Shown here: piece by piece, positions 13,712 to 26,222 of the stretch
How the letters are laid out: each line of letters begins with the position of its first letter
How positions within the stretch are numbered: position 1 is the stretch's first letter
Source of the DNA: an uncultured bacterium
GTDB lineage: Bacteria > Planctomycetota > UBA1135 > GCA-002686595
Length of the DNA stretch: 64,000 bases
NCBI GenBank assembly: GCA_943787795.1
Contig: CALSNU010000004.1
Span: forward strand, 64,001-128,000
Reading direction: 5' to 3'
Notes under the pieces: generated by a model
The model's database searches: none
Told to the model about the DNA's origin: nothing
What the model saw: the letters and a program-made list of their open reading frames with translations, nothing else
Program-made: the position numbers and the translations under genes

Positions 13712-16700
13712 TCAGAGGACGGCCTTCTTGTGGAGCTCCATGTTGAGCCCGAGGCCGCGGATCTCGTTGGTGAGCACCTCGAAGGACACCGGGGTACCGG
13801 GCTCCAGGATGTTGAGGCCCTTGACCATCGACTCGTAGATCTTGGTCCGGCCGTCCACGTCGTCCGACTTGACGGTGAGCTGCTCCTGCAGGATCGCCGC
13901 CGCGCCGTACGCCTCGAGGGCCCAGACCTCCATCTCTCCGAAGCGCTGGCCGCCGAAGCGCGCCTTGCCGCCGAGAGGCTGCTGGGTGATGAGGCTGTAG
14001 GGACCCGTGGCTCGTGCGTGAACCTTCTCGTCGACGAGGTGGTGCAGCTTGAGCATGTACATGATCCCGACGGTCACGTCCTGCTCGAAGCGCTCGCCGG
14101 TGCGACCGTCGAACAGGGTGAACTTGCCGGAGGTCGGCATGTTCGCGTCCGTGAGCATCCCTTCGATCTCGGCCTCGGACGCACCATCGAAGGCGGGACA
14201 CGCGCAGCGAACACCGAGCTCCGCCGCGGCCATGCCGAGGTGGGTCTCGAGGATCTGACCAACGTTCATCCGCGACGGCACGCCGAGCGGGTTCAGGACG
14301 ATGTCCACCGGGGTGCCATCCTCCAGGTACGGCATGTCCTCGCGGGGGCAGATCTTGCTGATCACACCCTTGTTGCCGTGGCGGCCGGCCATCTTGTCCC
14401 CAACGGAGAGGTTCCGCTTGGTGGCGACGTAGACCTTGACCATCTCGAGCACGCCCGTGGGCAGCTCGTCCCCGCGGCTGAGGCGGTTGACGATCTTGTT
14501 CTTCTCCGCCTCCTTGTTGTCGATCTTGACCTGGAACTCGTGGATCAACTGGAGCGAGGCGTCGCGCTTGGAGCGGTCATCGTGCTCCTCCGCAGCGGCG
14601 AGGCAGAGGATCTTCACGCGGCGCAGCTCGTCGTAGGTGGACGTGTCGTCCAGCTCGAAGGGCCTGCCGGTGAGGTCGTCGTCGATGATCATGCCCAGCT
14701 TGTCCTGGACGTCCTTGAGCAGCTGCTGCGTGTAGGTACGAAGCGCGCGCAGGAACTCCTTCTCGGCGTCACGAATCACCGACAACGCCTTGGTGCGCTC
14801 TGCGTCGGTGAGGTTGACCCGGCGGGAGAACTTGTGCGCGTCGATCACGACGCCACGGGTGCCCGGGGGCATCGTGAGCGAGGCGTTCTTCACGTCCACG
14901 CCGGCCTTACCGAAGATCGCGTGCAGGAGCTTCTCCTCGGGGGTCAGCTCGCTCTTGCTCTTCGGGGCCACCTTGCCGACCAGCACGTCGCCGGCCTCAA
15001 CGAAGGTGCCGATGCGGACGATGCCGCCCTCATCGAGGTTGGACAGGGCCTTCTCGCCGACGTTCGGGATGTCACGGGTGAACTCCTCCTTGCCGAGCTT
15101 GGTCTCACGGATCTCGACGTCGTACTCCTCGATGTGAATCGAGGTGAAGACGTCGTCCTTGACCAGGCGCTCGGAGACGAGGATGGCGTCCTCGTAGTTG
15201 AAGCCGTCCCAGGTCATGAACGCGACCATGAGGTTCTTGCCGAGGGCGAGCTCGCCGCCCTGGGTCGACGCGCCGTCGGCCAGCAGTTGGCCGGCCTCGA
15301 CCTCGTCCCCCACCTTGACCACCGCGCGGTGGTTCTGGGTGGTGCGCTCGTTCATGCCGCGGAACTTCTGCTGGTGATACTCGTCGTCCCCGACGATGAT
15401 CACGCGGCTATCCACGTACTCGACCGTGCCCGCGCGCTTCGCGAAGATGGGCATGTTGGAGTTGGCCGCGACGGCCTTCTCCATGCCGGTACCGACGACC
15501 GGCACCTCAGGGATGAGGAGCGGCACCGCCTGGCGCTGCATGTTCGAGCCCATCAGCGCCCGGTTGGCGTCATCGTGCTCGAGGAACGGGATGAGCGCGG
15601 CGGAGACCCCGATGATCTGCTTCGGAGAGACGTCGACGTAGTCGACCTCGCCCGGCGGCACCTCGACGTTGTCGCCGTCCTTACGGGCGAGGACTCGCTT
15701 CGAGAGGATCTTGTTCTTCGAGTCGAGCTCGACGTCGATGGGCGCCATGACCATCCCGGTCTCCTCGTCAGCGCGGAGGAAGTCGACCTCGTCGCTGAGC
15801 ACACCCTTCACGACCTTGCGGAAGGGCGTGGTGAGGAAGCCGTAGTCATCCAGCGTCGCGTACATCGCGAGCGAGGAGATCAGACCAATGTTGGCGCCCT
15901 CAGGCGTCTCGATCGGGCAGAGGCGGCCGTAGTGCGACAGGTGCACGTCACGGACGTCGAAGCCCGCGCGCTTCCGGTTCAGGCCGCCCGGGCCCAGCGC
16001 AGAGAGTCGACGCTCGTGCGTCAGCTGGCTGAGGGGGTTGGCCTGGTCGACGACCTGGCTGAGCTCGGAGCGACCGAAGAAGTAGTCGACCGCGCTCGAG
16101 AAGGTCTTCGAGTTGATCAGCGTCCTCGGCGAGACCGTCTCCGGGTTCTCGAGGTTCATCCGCTCCTGGGCGGTGCGGCGGAGCTTCAGGAGGCCCTTGC
16201 GGAACTCCTCACCCGCGAGCTCGGCGATCGAGCGCACGCGGCGGTTGCCGAGGTTATCGATGTCGTCGATCTCGCCGCGGCCGCCGCGGAGGTCGAGGAT
16301 GTACTTCACCGAGTTGACGATGTCCTCGGGCTTGAGGACCTGAACGTCCTCGCCGATGCCCTGGTCGAACTTCCGGTTGAGACGGAAGCGGCCGACCCGG
16401 CCGAGGCGGTAGCGCTGCACGTCGAAGAACTTCTCGTGGAAGAGCTCCCGAGCCTTCTCGATCTGCGGCGGGTTGCCCGGACGCAGGCGACCGTAGATCT
16501 TGATCAGGGCCTCCTCGTGGCTCTTCACCCCCGGCTCCTCGTGGAGCGAGTTGATGATGAGCATGTCCAGGTCCTGGGGATCGGCGTCGACGACCTCGAC
16601 CTCGGCCAGGTCGCCACCGGCGATCTCGATGGCCGCCGTCTCGGGGATCGGCATGCCCGACGGCACGAGGACCTCGCCCGTCTTGAGGACGACGATGTCC

Positions 16701-17425
16701 CCCACCGCGATGCGGTCGGTGATCTTCTTGGCGAACGCGTTGGCGGTCTGCGACTTGGTCTTCTTGACGACCTTGGTCGGGTAGAACTGACGCAGGAGCG
16801 CCTGATCTGAGCCCAGGTTCTCGTCGAGGGCGCGCAGGAAGGTGACCGCGCTGAACTTGCCGCTCTGGTCGATCCGGACGCTGAGCGCCTCCTTCTTCGT
16901 GACGTTCAGCTCAACCCACGAGCCGCGCTCGGGGATGATCCAGCACGAGTGAAGCAGGCGATCCGTCGACGCGGCGTCGATCAGGAAGTCCACGCCGGGC
17001 GACCGGTGGAGCTGGCTGACGATGACCCGCTCCGAGCCGTTGACGATGAACTCGCCGCCGCCGAGCATGATCGGGAGCTCGCCGAGGTAGACCTCTTCCT
17101 CCACGGGCTCGGGTTTGACCAGTCTGAGGCGGACCTTGAACGGATACCCGTAGGTCATCCGCAGCTTGCGGCACTCGTCGATGTCGTAGCGCGGCCTGCC
17201 CAGCTCGTAGCCGACGTACTCGAGGCACATCGTCTTGTCGTACGAGTAGATCGGGAAGATCTCCCTGAGCAGGGCCTCGAGGCCCATGGCGTCTCGAGCG
17301 CCGGAGGCAATCCCGGGAGCCAGGAACGCCTCGTAGGCCTTCGTTTGGATCTCGACGAGATTGGGCAGCGGGACAATCTCGGACACGTTGCCGAAGTTAC
17401 GAACCTCGGCGGACTGCTCGACCAT
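13712..17425 (-). CDS. rpoB: DNA-directed RNA polymerase beta subunit (start 17425 or 17449)
   Basis: [61 protein letters not shown]. Confidence 0.99.
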   Translation of the reverse strand: MVEQSAEVRNFGNVSEIVPLPNLVEIQTKAYEAFLAPGIASGARDAMGLEALLREIFPIYSYDKTMCLEYVGYELGRPRYDIDECRKLRMTYGYPFKVRLRLVKPEPVEEEVYLGELPIMLGGGEFIVNGSERVIVSQLHRSPGVDFLIDAASTDRLLHSCWIIPERGSWVELNVTKKEALSVRIDQSGKFSAVTFLRALDENLGSDQALLRQFYPTKVVKKTKSQTANAFAKKITDRIAVGDIVVLKTGEVLVPSGMPIPETAAIEIAGGDLAEVEVVDADPQDLDMLIINSLHEEPGVKSHEEALIKIYGRLRPGNPPQIEKARELFHEKFFDVQRYRLGRVGRFRLNRKFDQGIGEDVQVLKPEDIVNSVKYILDLRGGRGEIDDIDNLGNRRVRSIAELAGEEFRKGLLKLRRTAQERMNLENPETVSPRTLINSKTFSSAVDYFFGRSELSQVVDQANPLSQLTHERRLSALGPGGLNRKRAGFDVRDVHLSHYGRLCPIETPEGANIGLISSLAMYATLDDYGFLTTPFRKVVKGVLSDEVDFLRADEETGMVMAPIDVELDSKNKILSKRVLARKDGDNVEVPPGEVDYVDVSPKQIIGVSAALIPFLEHDDANRALMGSNMQRQAVPLLIPEVPVVGTGMEKAVAANSNMPIFAKRAGTVEYVDSRVIIVGDDEYHQQKFRGMNERTTQNHRAVVKVGDEVEAGQLLADGASTQGGELALGKNLMVAFMTWDGFNYEDAILVSERLVKDDVFTSIHIEEYDVEIRETKLGKEEFTRDIPNVGEKALSNLDEGGIVRIGTFVEAGDVLVGKVAPKSKSELTPEEKLLHAIFGKAGVDVKNASLTMPPGTRGVVIDAHKFSRRVNLTDAERTKALSVIRDAEKEFLRALRTYTQQLLKDVQDKLGMIIDDDLTGRPFELDDTSTYDELRRVKILCLAAAEEHDDRSKRDASLQLIHEFQVKIDNKEAEKNKIVNRLSRGDELPTGVLEMVKVYVATKRNLSVGDKMAGRHGNKGVISKICPREDMPYLEDGTPVDIVLNPLGVPSRMNVGQILETHLGMAAAELGVRCACPAFDGASEAEIEGMLTDANMPTSGKFTLFDGRTGERFEQDVTVGIMYMLKLHHLVDEKVHARATGPYSLITQQPLGGKARFGGQRFGEMEVWALEAYGAAAILQEQLTVKSDDVDGRTKIYESMVKGLNILEPGTPVSFEVLTNEIRGLGLNMELHKKAVL

Positions 17426-18078
17426 ACGGCCGTTGCGGTTAGCGATCATGAGCGGTAGCGAGTGCTGAGCGGACGAGGCAGCGACGCGGAGGGCGTGGTC
17501 AGATGCCTGACGACCGAACGGGCACGGAGAACGAGCGTGGCTCGGGTGGGGAGACGCTGATCGGGGGGAAGCCCGAACGGGCCGCGGAGTCGGGGGGGAA
17601 CGCTGCGGTGCCGAACGGAGATCGACCCCGCATGGAGACGACCGGGGCCGATACACCTCGCGCGACGCGGGGCACACCAGCAAGACTGGGGATCCGTCCG
17701 ACCTGGTAGATCGGAGGATTGGTATGGAGCGTCCCGCGCGGGGCGGAGCGCTGCCGTTGGGGACGAGCCGAGAGGGCGCTTGGATGGCGGTGGGACCCAG
17801 GATCCGGCACGCTCGCTCGGCCCAAGGGACCTACAGAACGAACCGGGGTTGTCCTCGGCGACCCCAAAGAGTAGGGACGCCGCTTACACCTGGGAAGACC
17901 TCCGACAGCCTCTTTGCGGGGAAATCCACTCGCTGCTCGCGAGAGGAGCTTCCCAGCGCAGGGGACGCCGGTGCGTCATAAAGCGCCTCGACCGCCGACG
18001 CCTCGCCGCCCCATTGGGGCAGAACGAGGCGTCCGCGGCCTGGGTGGAGCGGCCCTGGAGGGCCACCCCGGAGCCGGC

Positions 18079-18489
18079 TCAGGTGAGCTCGACGGATGCG
18101 CCCGCAGCCTCAAGCTGCTTCTGCATCTCTTCGGCTTCGTCCTTCGACACCCCTTCCTTGACGGCTTTGGGGGCGCTGTCGACGATTTCCTTGGCCTCTT
18201 TGAGACCCAGGCCAGTGATGGCGCGGACCTCTTTGATGACCTGGATCTTCTTGTCGCCGGCCGCCTTCAGGATGACGTCGAACTCGGTCTTTTCCTCGGC
18301 TTCGTCGCCGCCTGCACCGCCACCGGGGGCGGCCATGGCAACGGCGGCGGGGGCAGCAGCGCTGACACCCCACTTATCCTCGAGGGCCTTAACGAGCTTC
18401 GACGCCTGCAGAAGGGTCAGGCCGTCGAGCTGATCGGCGATGGTCTGGAGCTCAGCGTCGAGCTCGACGGTCGTGGTCTCTTCGGACAT
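18079..18489 (-). CDS. rplL: 50S ribosomal protein L7/L12 (bL12)
   Basis: [33 protein letters not shown]. Confidence 0.99.
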   Translation of the reverse strand: MSEETTTVELDAELQTIADQLDGLTLLQASKLVKALEDKWGVSAAAPAAVAMAAPGGGAGGDEAEEKTEFDVILKAAGDKKIQVIKEVRAITGLGLKEAKEIVDSAPKAVKEGVSKDEAEEMQKQLEAAGASVELT

Positions 18490-18591
18490 GGTTGAAAATG
18501 GATCGGAGGGTAGGTCTCAGTGGTCTTGGAAAGGATAGCCACCACCCCCACCGAAACAGACGGTGAGGGAGCAGGGGGCCACCTGAATGAA

Positions 18592-19131
18592 TCAGCCTTC
18601 GTCGCCGTCCCCGGCGTCGTCAGCATGGGCCTGGATCACGCGGGCGACCGAACCGGGCACCGCGTTGATGACTGTGGCGAGGCCGCGGGCCGGGCCCGAG
18701 ATCACGCCAAGCAGTTGCGCGTGGAGGGTGTCGCGGTCCGGGAGGTCAGCGAGGGCCGAAGCGCTGGCGGCGTCGAGGGCGTTGCCCTCGAGCATCCCGC
18801 CCTTCACGACGACCTTGCCTTGCTTCTTGATCTCCTTGTCAGCGAACACCTTGGCCGCGTCGATGGCGGCCTCGGCGTCGCCGTAGGCGATACCGGTGTT
18901 TCCCTTCAGGGCAGAGTCCTCGGGGAACGTGACGTCACGATCGGCGAGCACCCGCTTCGCGAGCGAGTTGCGCACCATCTTGAAGCGAACGTTCTTCTCC
19001 GCGAGCTTGCCGCGGATGGCGGAGGTCTCCTCGACGGTCAGGCCGCCGAAGTTGACGAGGACCATGCCCTCGGCTTCCTTGAACTCGTCCTGCAGTTCGC
19101 GGACGACCATCTGGTTGACGATATTCGGCAT
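18592..19131 (-). CDS. rplJ: 50S ribosomal protein L10 (uL10)
   Basis: GLTVEETSAIRGKL, VRNSLAKR, LADLPDRDTLHAQLLG; between rplA and rplL. Confidence 0.97.
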   Translation of the reverse strand: MPNIVNQMVVRELQDEFKEAEGMVLVNFGGLTVEETSAIRGKLAEKNVRFKMVRNSLAKRVLADRDVTFPEDSALKGNTGIAYGDAEAAIDAAKVFADKEIKKQGKVVVKGGMLEGNALDAASASALADLPDRDTLHAQLLGVISGPARGLATVINAVPGSVARVIQAHADDAGDGDEG

Positions 19132-19134
19132 GGA

Positions 19135-19821
19135 TCAGCCTCCGTACTCGATGAAGGCGCCCGGGCTCATGGTCGTCGAGACGCTGATGCGCCGGACGAA
19201 GTTGCCCTTAACGGCTGCCGGACGCATGCCCGACAGGTGATTCATGAAGGCCGACAGGTTCTCGACCAGGTCCTCGGTGGAGAACGACCGCTTGCCAAGC
19301 GGCGCGTGGACGTTGCCGCCCGCGTCGGTCCGGAACTCGACCTTACCGGCCTTGAACTCGGTGACGGCCTCGCCGACGTTCGGCGTCACGGTGCCGCTCT
19401 TCGGCGAGGGCATCTTGCCTTGGGGGCCGAGCACCTTACCCAGCTTGCCGACGTGCTTCATCATGTCCGGGCTGGCGATGACGACATCAAAGTCCATCCA
19501 GCCACCCTGAATCTTCGCGGCGAGGTCGTCAGAGCCCACCTCGTCCGCACCGGCTTCCCGAGCGGATTCGGCCTTGTCGCCCTCGGCGAACACGACGACC
19601 TTGACGGTCTTGCCGAGCCCCTTCGGGAGGGACACCGCGCCGCGAACCAGCTGGTCCGTCTTGCGCGGGTCAATCCCGAGTCGGACGGCGACCTCCACGG
19701 TCTCGTCGAACTTGGGAGCGGGGAGACTCTTGAGCATGTCGAACGCTTCGTTCGGCATGTAATGAGACGTGCGATCGAGCCGCGCGGCGGCCTCGCGGTA
19801 ACGCTTGCTGTGCTTGGGCAT
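19135..19821 (-). CDS. rplA: 50S ribosomal protein L1 (uL1)
   Basis: Start moved to [52 protein letters not shown]. Confidence 0.99.
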   Translation of the reverse strand: MPKHSKRYREAAARLDRTSHYMPNEAFDMLKSLPAPKFDETVEVAVRLGIDPRKTDQLVRGAVSLPKGLGKTVKVVVFAEGDKAESAREAGADEVGSDDLAAKIQGGWMDFDVVIASPDMMKHVGKLGKVLGPQGKMPSPKSGTVTPNVGEAVTEFKAGKVEFRTDAGGNVHAPLGKRSFSTEDLVENLSAFMNHLSGMRPAAVKGNFVRRISVSTTMSPGAFIEYGG

Positions 19822-19826
19822 GTTGA

Positions 19827-20252
19827 TCAGTCCTCCACCGTGATGCCGGAAGAGCGTGCGGTGCCGGCGATGATCCGGCAGGCCTGGTCCAGGTCCCGCG
19901 CGTTGAGGTCGTTCATCTTGATCTTGGCGATCTCCTCCACCTGCTCGCGGGTCACCGACCCGACGATCTGGGTGCCGACCTCGCCTGCCCCCTTCTCGAC
20001 GCCGGCTGCCTTCTTGAGCAGCACGGCCGCCGGAGGCGACTTGAGGATGAAGTCGAAGGAGCGGTCCTTGTAGACGGAGATCTCGACGGGGAGAATCATC
20101 CCCATCTGGTCTCGCGTGCGGTCGTTGAACTGCTTGACGAACTCGGCGATGTTCACGCCGTGCGCGCCGAGCGCCGGGCCGATCGGCGGCGCAGGGGTCG
20201 CCTGCCCGGCGGGGCACTGAAGCTTGATCTTTCCTGTCAGTTCTTTCGCCAT
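19827..20252 (-). CDS. rplK: 50S ribosomal protein L11 (uL11)
   Basis: [36 protein letters not shown]. Confidence 0.99.
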   Translation of the reverse strand: MAKELTGKIKLQCPAGQATPAPPIGPALGAHGVNIAEFVKQFNDRTRDQMGMILPVEISVYKDRSFDFILKSPPAAVLLKKAAGVEKGAGEVGTQIVGSVTREQVEEIAKIKMNDLNARDLDQACRIIAGTARSSGITVED

Positions 20253-20423
20253 GTCGGTCCGTGAGCTTGGCCCCCGCTAAGGGGGGGTCGGTCCGCTGTG
20301 ATCTTGTGGAGGTCGCCCCAGCGACGGTTCACATTGAGTGAGCCGCGCGCCGATGAGGGCGGGGTGTGTTGTCGTGGAGGGGGTCCCGCTGAACCGGCGC
20401 GAACACCGGCCCTGGGAAAGAGG

Positions 20424-20975
20424 TCAAACGCTGTCGACCTCCCAGTACTTGAGGTCGACCGGCGTGGGCCGGCCGAAGATGGTCACGATCACGCGGACCG
20501 TGCCCTTTTCGGCGTTGATCTCTTCGACCGCGCCGTCGAAGCCGTCGAACGGCCCCGTGTTGATCTTGACCCGGTCGCCCTTCTCCAGGCCGATCGTGAC
20601 CTGGGGGCGGGTCTCCGAATCGGTCATCAGGGCGAGGATCTCGGTCACCTCGGCTTCGGAGATCGAGGTGGGCTCTCCGCCGGAACCGATGAAGTCGCGG
20701 AGCCCGTCGATCCCACGCAGGGTGGTGCGCGCCTTGATCACGGTCGGGTCCTCGGGGTTCTCCAGGTCCGCCTGAACCAGGAGGTACCCCGGATACAGCT
20801 TCTCCTCGATGTTCCGCTTCTTGCCCTTCTTCATGTCCGTCACGATCTTGAACGGCATGAGGACCTGGGGGACCACAGAGTCCACCCCGGCGATCTTGAG
20901 CCGGTGGATCGCGTTGTCACGGATGCGCTTCTCGCGCCCGGACTGACAACGGAGGAAGTACCACTTGAACGCCAT
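20424..20975 (-). CDS. nusG: Transcription termination/antitermination factor NusG
   Basis: Start moved to MAFKWYFL; KLYPGYLLV, KOW GDRVKINTGPFDGFDG, IFGRPTPV. Confidence 0.97.
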   Translation of the reverse strand: MAFKWYFLRCQSGREKRIRDNAIHRLKIAGVDSVVPQVLMPFKIVTDMKKGKKRNIEEKLYPGYLLVQADLENPEDPTVIKARTTLRGIDGLRDFIGSGGEPTSISEAEVTEILALMTDSETRPQVTIGLEKGDRVKINTGPFDGFDGAVEEINAEKGTVRVIVTIFGRPTPVDLKYWEVDSV

Positions 20976-20980
20976 CGGAT

Positions 20981-21421
20981 TCAGGCCCCCCCACTCGTGA
21001 TGATCCGCGTGAAGACGTTGCCGAGCACGTAATCCGCCAGGGCCATGAAGCCCATCAGGAACAGCACGACCACGATCACGACCACGGACCCGTCGACCGT
21101 CTCGTCCACGGTCGGCCAGGTGACCTTCCGGAGCTCCGACTCGGTCTCGATCAGGAGGTCGGCGTTCTTCGGCCGCTCGAGGGTCCGATTGAGGAGCCAG
21201 AGCCCGACCACGAGGGTCAGGACCGCCGCAATCAGCGCAGGGCTCAGGGGCAGGTTCACCAGCGGGATCGCCAACCCGTCCGAGAGCGGCGCTCCGAGCG
21301 AGTCCGGGAACTGCCCAGTGATCTCCGCACGCATCCGGATACATCCATACGCGAGGAGAACGGCGAGCGACCAGAAAGTCGTCATCCGCGCCAGGCGTCC
21401 TTGATCCTTGCGGTAGGCCAT
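20981..21421 (-). CDS. secE: Preprotein translocase subunit SecE (multi-TM form)
   Basis: ELRKVTWPT motif followed by a TM helix; upstream of nusG. Confidence 0.93.
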   Translation of the reverse strand: MAYRKDQGRLARMTTFWSLAVLLAYGCIRMRAEITGQFPDSLGAPLSDGLAIPLVNLPLSPALIAAVLTLVVGLWLLNRTLERPKNADLLIETESELRKVTWPTVDETVDGSVVVIVVVLFLMGFMALADYVLGNVFTRIITSGGA

Positions 21422-21495
21422 TGGAATCTCGGTGGGGTCCGGGGAGTTAGTGAACGGAGGGGAGCGTCGGGAGAATCAGCACGAGCCGGTCAGGC

Positions 21496-21654
21496 TCAGA
21501 GCTTCTTCTCACGGTGCGAGGTGTGCGTGCGGCAGCGCTTGCAGTGCTTCTTCTTCTCGAGCTTGTAGGCGGCCTTCAGACGCTTGTGCGTCGTGTAGTT
21601 CCGCTCCTTGCACACTGTGCACTCGAGGAAGACGTAGCGTTCCTTGGTCTTCAT
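21496..21654 (-). CDS. rpmG: 50S ribosomal protein L33 (bL33), Zn-ribbon (C+) form
   Basis: [22 protein letters not shown]...[18 protein letters not shown], two CxxC. Confidence 0.96.
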   Translation of the reverse strand: MKTKERYVFLECTVCKERNYTTHKRLKAAYKLEKKKHCKRCRTHTSHREKKL

Positions 21655-21824
21655 GTCAGGTGGCGCTGGGCTTGGTGGGGAGCACGGCATCCGACGCGCG
21701 CAGGGGAGCGCGCCTCAGTGGCCGGGTGTTCGGGGGGTGGGGTGACGCGCCGCCGTGGGCGAGCGCGAGCAGGGTTGAGACCACCGCCGCGACGCCGGTG
21801 AGGGCGCCGCGGCGGCGAAGTAGA

Positions 21825-23030
<1,206 letters not shown>

Positions 23031-23286
23031 TTCTGGTGTCTCGTCGCTTGGGTGTCCCGTTCACCGGCCTTTGGCCGGGTCCCGGAGGTGGTGTGACGCC
23101 GCACCGCTCGCGCGGGGTCGACGCCGGATCGGGGAGCCGCTAATGCGGCACGATCGGTGAAATCTGAATAGGGAAGCCTCCAACCAAAGCTGGTTGAAGG
23201 TGGAAGAAAGCTGCCCGCCCCGCACTCCCCCACGGTCGCCGAAGGGGGCGCCCTGTGTTGGAGCTGGGGGGACGGAGGCGCGTGGG

Positions 23287-23361
<75 letters not shown>

Positions 23362-23418
23362 GATTGGCCTCGACTCGAGGAGGGTCTCCGTGGCGCGGCA
23401 GGCCGCGCGTCAGGTGAA

Positions 23419-23492
23419 TGGAGCGGGTGGGGGGAATCGAACCCCCGTGTGCAGCTTGGAAGGCTGCCGTTCTACCATTGAACTACACCCGC
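23419..23492 (-). tRNA. tRNA-Gly(TCC)
   Basis: GCGGGTGTAGTTCAATGGTAGAACGGCAGCCT-TCC-AAGCTGCACACGGGGGTTCGATTCCCCCCACCCGCTCCA. Confidence 0.97.
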
Positions 23493-23598
23493 AAGGTGGA
23501 GCGCATCAAGCGCGCGCCCCGCGCGGAGCGAGGCTTCTGCCTGATAGGCGTGTCCGGGAGGGCATGGCCAGAACGGCCTAGCCGGAACGGCAAAGCCC

Positions 23599-23678
23599 GC
23601 AGAGCAGAGCCCCCGCAGAGCAGAGCCCCCGCAGAGCAGAGCCCCCGCAGAGCAGAACCACAGCGGAGCAGAACCACA
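23599..23678. repeat. 16-bp tandem repeat, 5 units, in tRNA-Tyr/tRNA-Gly spacer
   Basis: GCAGAGCAGAGCCCCC x3, then GCAGAGCAGAACCACA and GCGGAGCAGAACCACA. Confidence 0.9.
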
Positions 23679-23798
23679 GGCAGAAAGCCTGGGAGGGGTC
23701 GCCACCAACCGCAACCGAACCGTCCGTCGCCGTTCACGCTTGACCCCTGGGCAAGACCTCCATGGGACTGAGACCCATACTGGATCGCAGAGGGAGGC

Positions 23799-23883
<85 letters not shown>

Positions 23884-24128
23884 GCCCGGAATACCCGAGG
23901 CTGGTGGAGCAGCGCCGACAAGCGGGCCGCCCCGCAGTCTGCGGGTGCGCGAACGACCGACGGGACGATCGGTCCGATCGCGCGCCTTCATCCTGGTGCC
24001 TGCGCGGCCAAATGGCTGCAGCAGGGCGGGAAGAGGCACGCTCCCGTGTCATCCTCGAGTCGGTTTACGTTTTGAGTGAGCGGCCAACCTCCGGATCGCC
24101 TGTGGCGACCGGACGCTGCCGGAGTTGG

Positions 24129-24204
24129 TGGGGCCAGCGGCGGGACTTGAACCCGCAACCTGCTGATTACAAATCAGCTGCTCTACCAATTGAGCCACAC
24201 TGGC
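24129..24204 (-). tRNA. tRNA-Thr(TGT)
   Basis: GCCAGTGTGGCTCAATTGGTAGAGCAGCTGATT-TGT-AATCAGCAGGTTGCGGGTTCAAGTCCCGCCGCTGGCCCCA. Confidence 0.97.
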
Positions 24205-24284
24205 GATTGTGCCTGGCGGCCTCCAGCAACCCTGGTGAGCGCTCGCATACACGAGAGCACGCCAAGGCGGCGAGTGGAGCGAGA

Positions 24285-24312
24285 AGGATAGGGATCGCGG
24301 TTGAGGGGTCAA
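24285..24312 (-). promoter_or_regulatory. sigma70-type promoter of tRNA-tuf operon
   Basis: TTGACC-N16-TATCCT about 80 nt upstream of tRNA-Thr(TGT). Confidence 0.7.
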
Positions 24313-24356
24313 GGTTCTCCGTGGGAAATCCTCGGGACCTCCCCGGATCCTCGACG

Positions 24357-25511
24357 CTACACCTCGGGACGCCCGATCCGGCCGAGCTCGTCGCGGTGGT
24401 GCGCGAGGGAAGCAGCCACCTGATCCATGGAGTCTCCTCCATATTTGTCCAGGAACGCCTCGGCGAGGGTCATGGCCACCATCGCCTCCCCCACCACAGA
24501 GCAGGCAGGCACAGAGGTGACGTCTGATCGCTGGTAGGTGGCCACGACCGCTTCACCGGTGTGGAGGTCCACAGAGGGCATCCCCTGGCGAATCGAAGGG
24601 ATCGGCTTCATGGCCGCCCGGACGACCAGGGGCTCCCCCGTGGACATGCCTCCCTCGAGCCCACCCGCCCGGTTCGTCGCCCTCCTGAAGGCCTCGGCCC
24701 CTTCTCCTGGCAAGATCCCGTCGTGCACGGCGCTCCCCCGGCGCTCGGCGACCTCCATTCCCAGCCCGAATTCCACGCCCTTGATGGCCGGGATCGAGAA
24801 CAGGGCCCCCCCGAGGCGAGCGGTCAGCCGCTCGGGCCCACTCGCGCAGGACCCCAGGCCTGGGGGAAGACCCAGGGCTCGGACCTCGAAGGTCCCCCCG
24901 AGGCTGTCCTGGGCCTCGCGGGCCCTGTCCACGGCCTCGCGCATGGCGCCATCCGCCGCCGGATCGAGGCTGAGGAACTCCGAGGACGCCCGGACCTCAA
25001 GCCTGCGACCCTCCGCCGCACCCCACGCCTCCCCGCTGCACCGCACCCCGCCGAGCCCGGTCAGGAAGCCGAAGACCTCCACCCCGAAGGCCTCGAGCAC
25101 CTGGCGCGCGATCCCCGCAGCGGCCACTCGGGCCGCGGTTTCCCGCGCGCTGGCACGCTCGAGGACCGCCCTGGGATCCCGGTGACCCCACTTCTGGCAC
25201 CCCGCGAGGTCCGCGTGTCCCGGCCTGGGATTCGTGGGCGTGGGCAGCCGCTCGATGACGGAGTCCTTGTTCTTCACCGCGAAGGCGATGGGCGCGCCGA
25301 TGGTCACACCGCCCTTCCAGCCGGAGAGGATCTCCACGCGATCCGTCTCGATCTTCATGCGTCCCCCGCGGCCGTAGCCGAGCTGACGACGGGCGAGCTC
25401 GCGGTCGACCCGCTCCACGTCGAGCTGAAGGCCCGCGGGGACGCCCTCCACGATGCCGATCAGCGTCGGACCATGGGACTCACCGGCCGTGCGCCATTGC
25501 AGTCGCGTCAA
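24357..25511 (-). CDS. aroC: Chorismate synthase
   Basis: TAGESHG, RRQLGYGRGGRM, PRPGHAD, ERASARETA, SIPAIKGVEFG, TNRAGGLEGG. Confidence 0.97.
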   Translation of the reverse strand: MTRLQWRTAGESHGPTLIGIVEGVPAGLQLDVERVDRELARRQLGYGRGGRMKIETDRVEILSGWKGGVTIGAPIAFAVKNKDSVIERLPTPTNPRPGHADLAGCQKWGHRDPRAVLERASARETAARVAAAGIARQVLEAFGVEVFGFLTGLGGVRCSGEAWGAAEGRRLEVRASSEFLSLDPAADGAMREAVDRAREAQDSLGGTFEVRALGLPPGLGSCASGPERLTARLGGALFSIPAIKGVEFGLGMEVAERRGSAVHDGILPGEGAEAFRRATNRAGGLEGGMSTGEPLVVRAAMKPIPSIRQGMPSVDLHTGEAVVATYQRSDVTSVPACSVVGEAMVAMTLAEAFLDKYGGDSMDQVAASLAHHRDELGRIGRPEV

Positions 25512-25541
25512 CGTCGTGCTCCTCGGATCAGGGGTTGGGGC

Positions 25542-26213
25542 TCAGGAACCGGGCGTGATCTCGATCCACCCGTCGTCATCGTCGTCCTCGTCGGGCGCGG
25601 CACCACCCCCGGACTGGCTTTCCTCAGGCGGCGCCGCCGGAGCCCTCTCCGGTCGAGGCACCTCGAAGTCCCCGGGGTCCGCCGACGCGCCCTCGCCGGC
25701 CCCCTCTCCCCAAAGCGCACGATCAATCGCGGCCTCCAGGTCGGTGAACTCGAAGGGCTTCGCGAGGGTCCCAACCACCTCCGGGAGCGCGGTCAACGCG
25801 GCCTTGATGGCCGCGTCGAGGTAGCCGGAGACCACCAGCGTGCGCGGCAGGATCCCGTCCGCGCGCAGGCGCGGGAGCTCCTGCACGGCGGACTCCGCGC
25901 CGAGGTCCACGTCGGACACCAGGAGGTCCGGCGCCCCTTCGGCGAGGCGCTCACGCGCCTCCACGAACGAGCCCGCGGTGCGCACCTCGAAGCCGCGCTG
26001 GGACAGGAACCACGTGAGCAGCTCGACGATCCGAGCGTCGTTGTCCACGAGCAGGAGGCTCGCGCGCGCGGCCTCGGGCGCCGCGCTGGCGCCATCAGAT
26101 GGCTCGACCGCCGACCTGGCGCGGGCATCCACCCCAGGAGCCGGAGGCGGCGTCGCCGCGGGCTCCGGGATCCCCCCTTCTCCGCTCGTCCGCCCTTCCT
26201 CGTGGGAATCCAT
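25542..26213 (-). CDS. Stand-alone response-regulator receiver protein with low-complexity termini
   Basis: LLLVDND...PDLLVSD(phosphoacceptor)...VVSG...LAKPF. Confidence 0.85.
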   Translation of the reverse strand: MDSHEEGRTSGEGGIPEPAATPPPAPGVDARARSAVEPSDGASAAPEAARASLLLVDNDARIVELLTWFLSQRGFEVRTAGSFVEARERLAEGAPDLLVSDVDLGAESAVQELPRLRADGILPRTLVVSGYLDAAIKAALTALPEVVGTLAKPFEFTDLEAAIDRALWGEGAGEGASADPGDFEVPRPERAPAAPPEESQSGGGAAPDEDDDDDGWIEITPGS

Positions 26214-26222
26214 GGCCCGAGG

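Noticed and set aside
15980..16080. Rifampicin-resistance substitutions in RpoB
   Set aside because: Equivalents of Q513, D516, H526 and S531 are retained; differences look lineage-typical
19135..20217. 360-aa ORF suggesting an N-extended uL1 or rplK-rplA fusion
   Set aside because: Extension is an alternative frame over rplK; real start is MPKHSK at 19821
23599..23678. CRISPR array
   Set aside because: Contiguous 16-bp units without spacers; no cas genes
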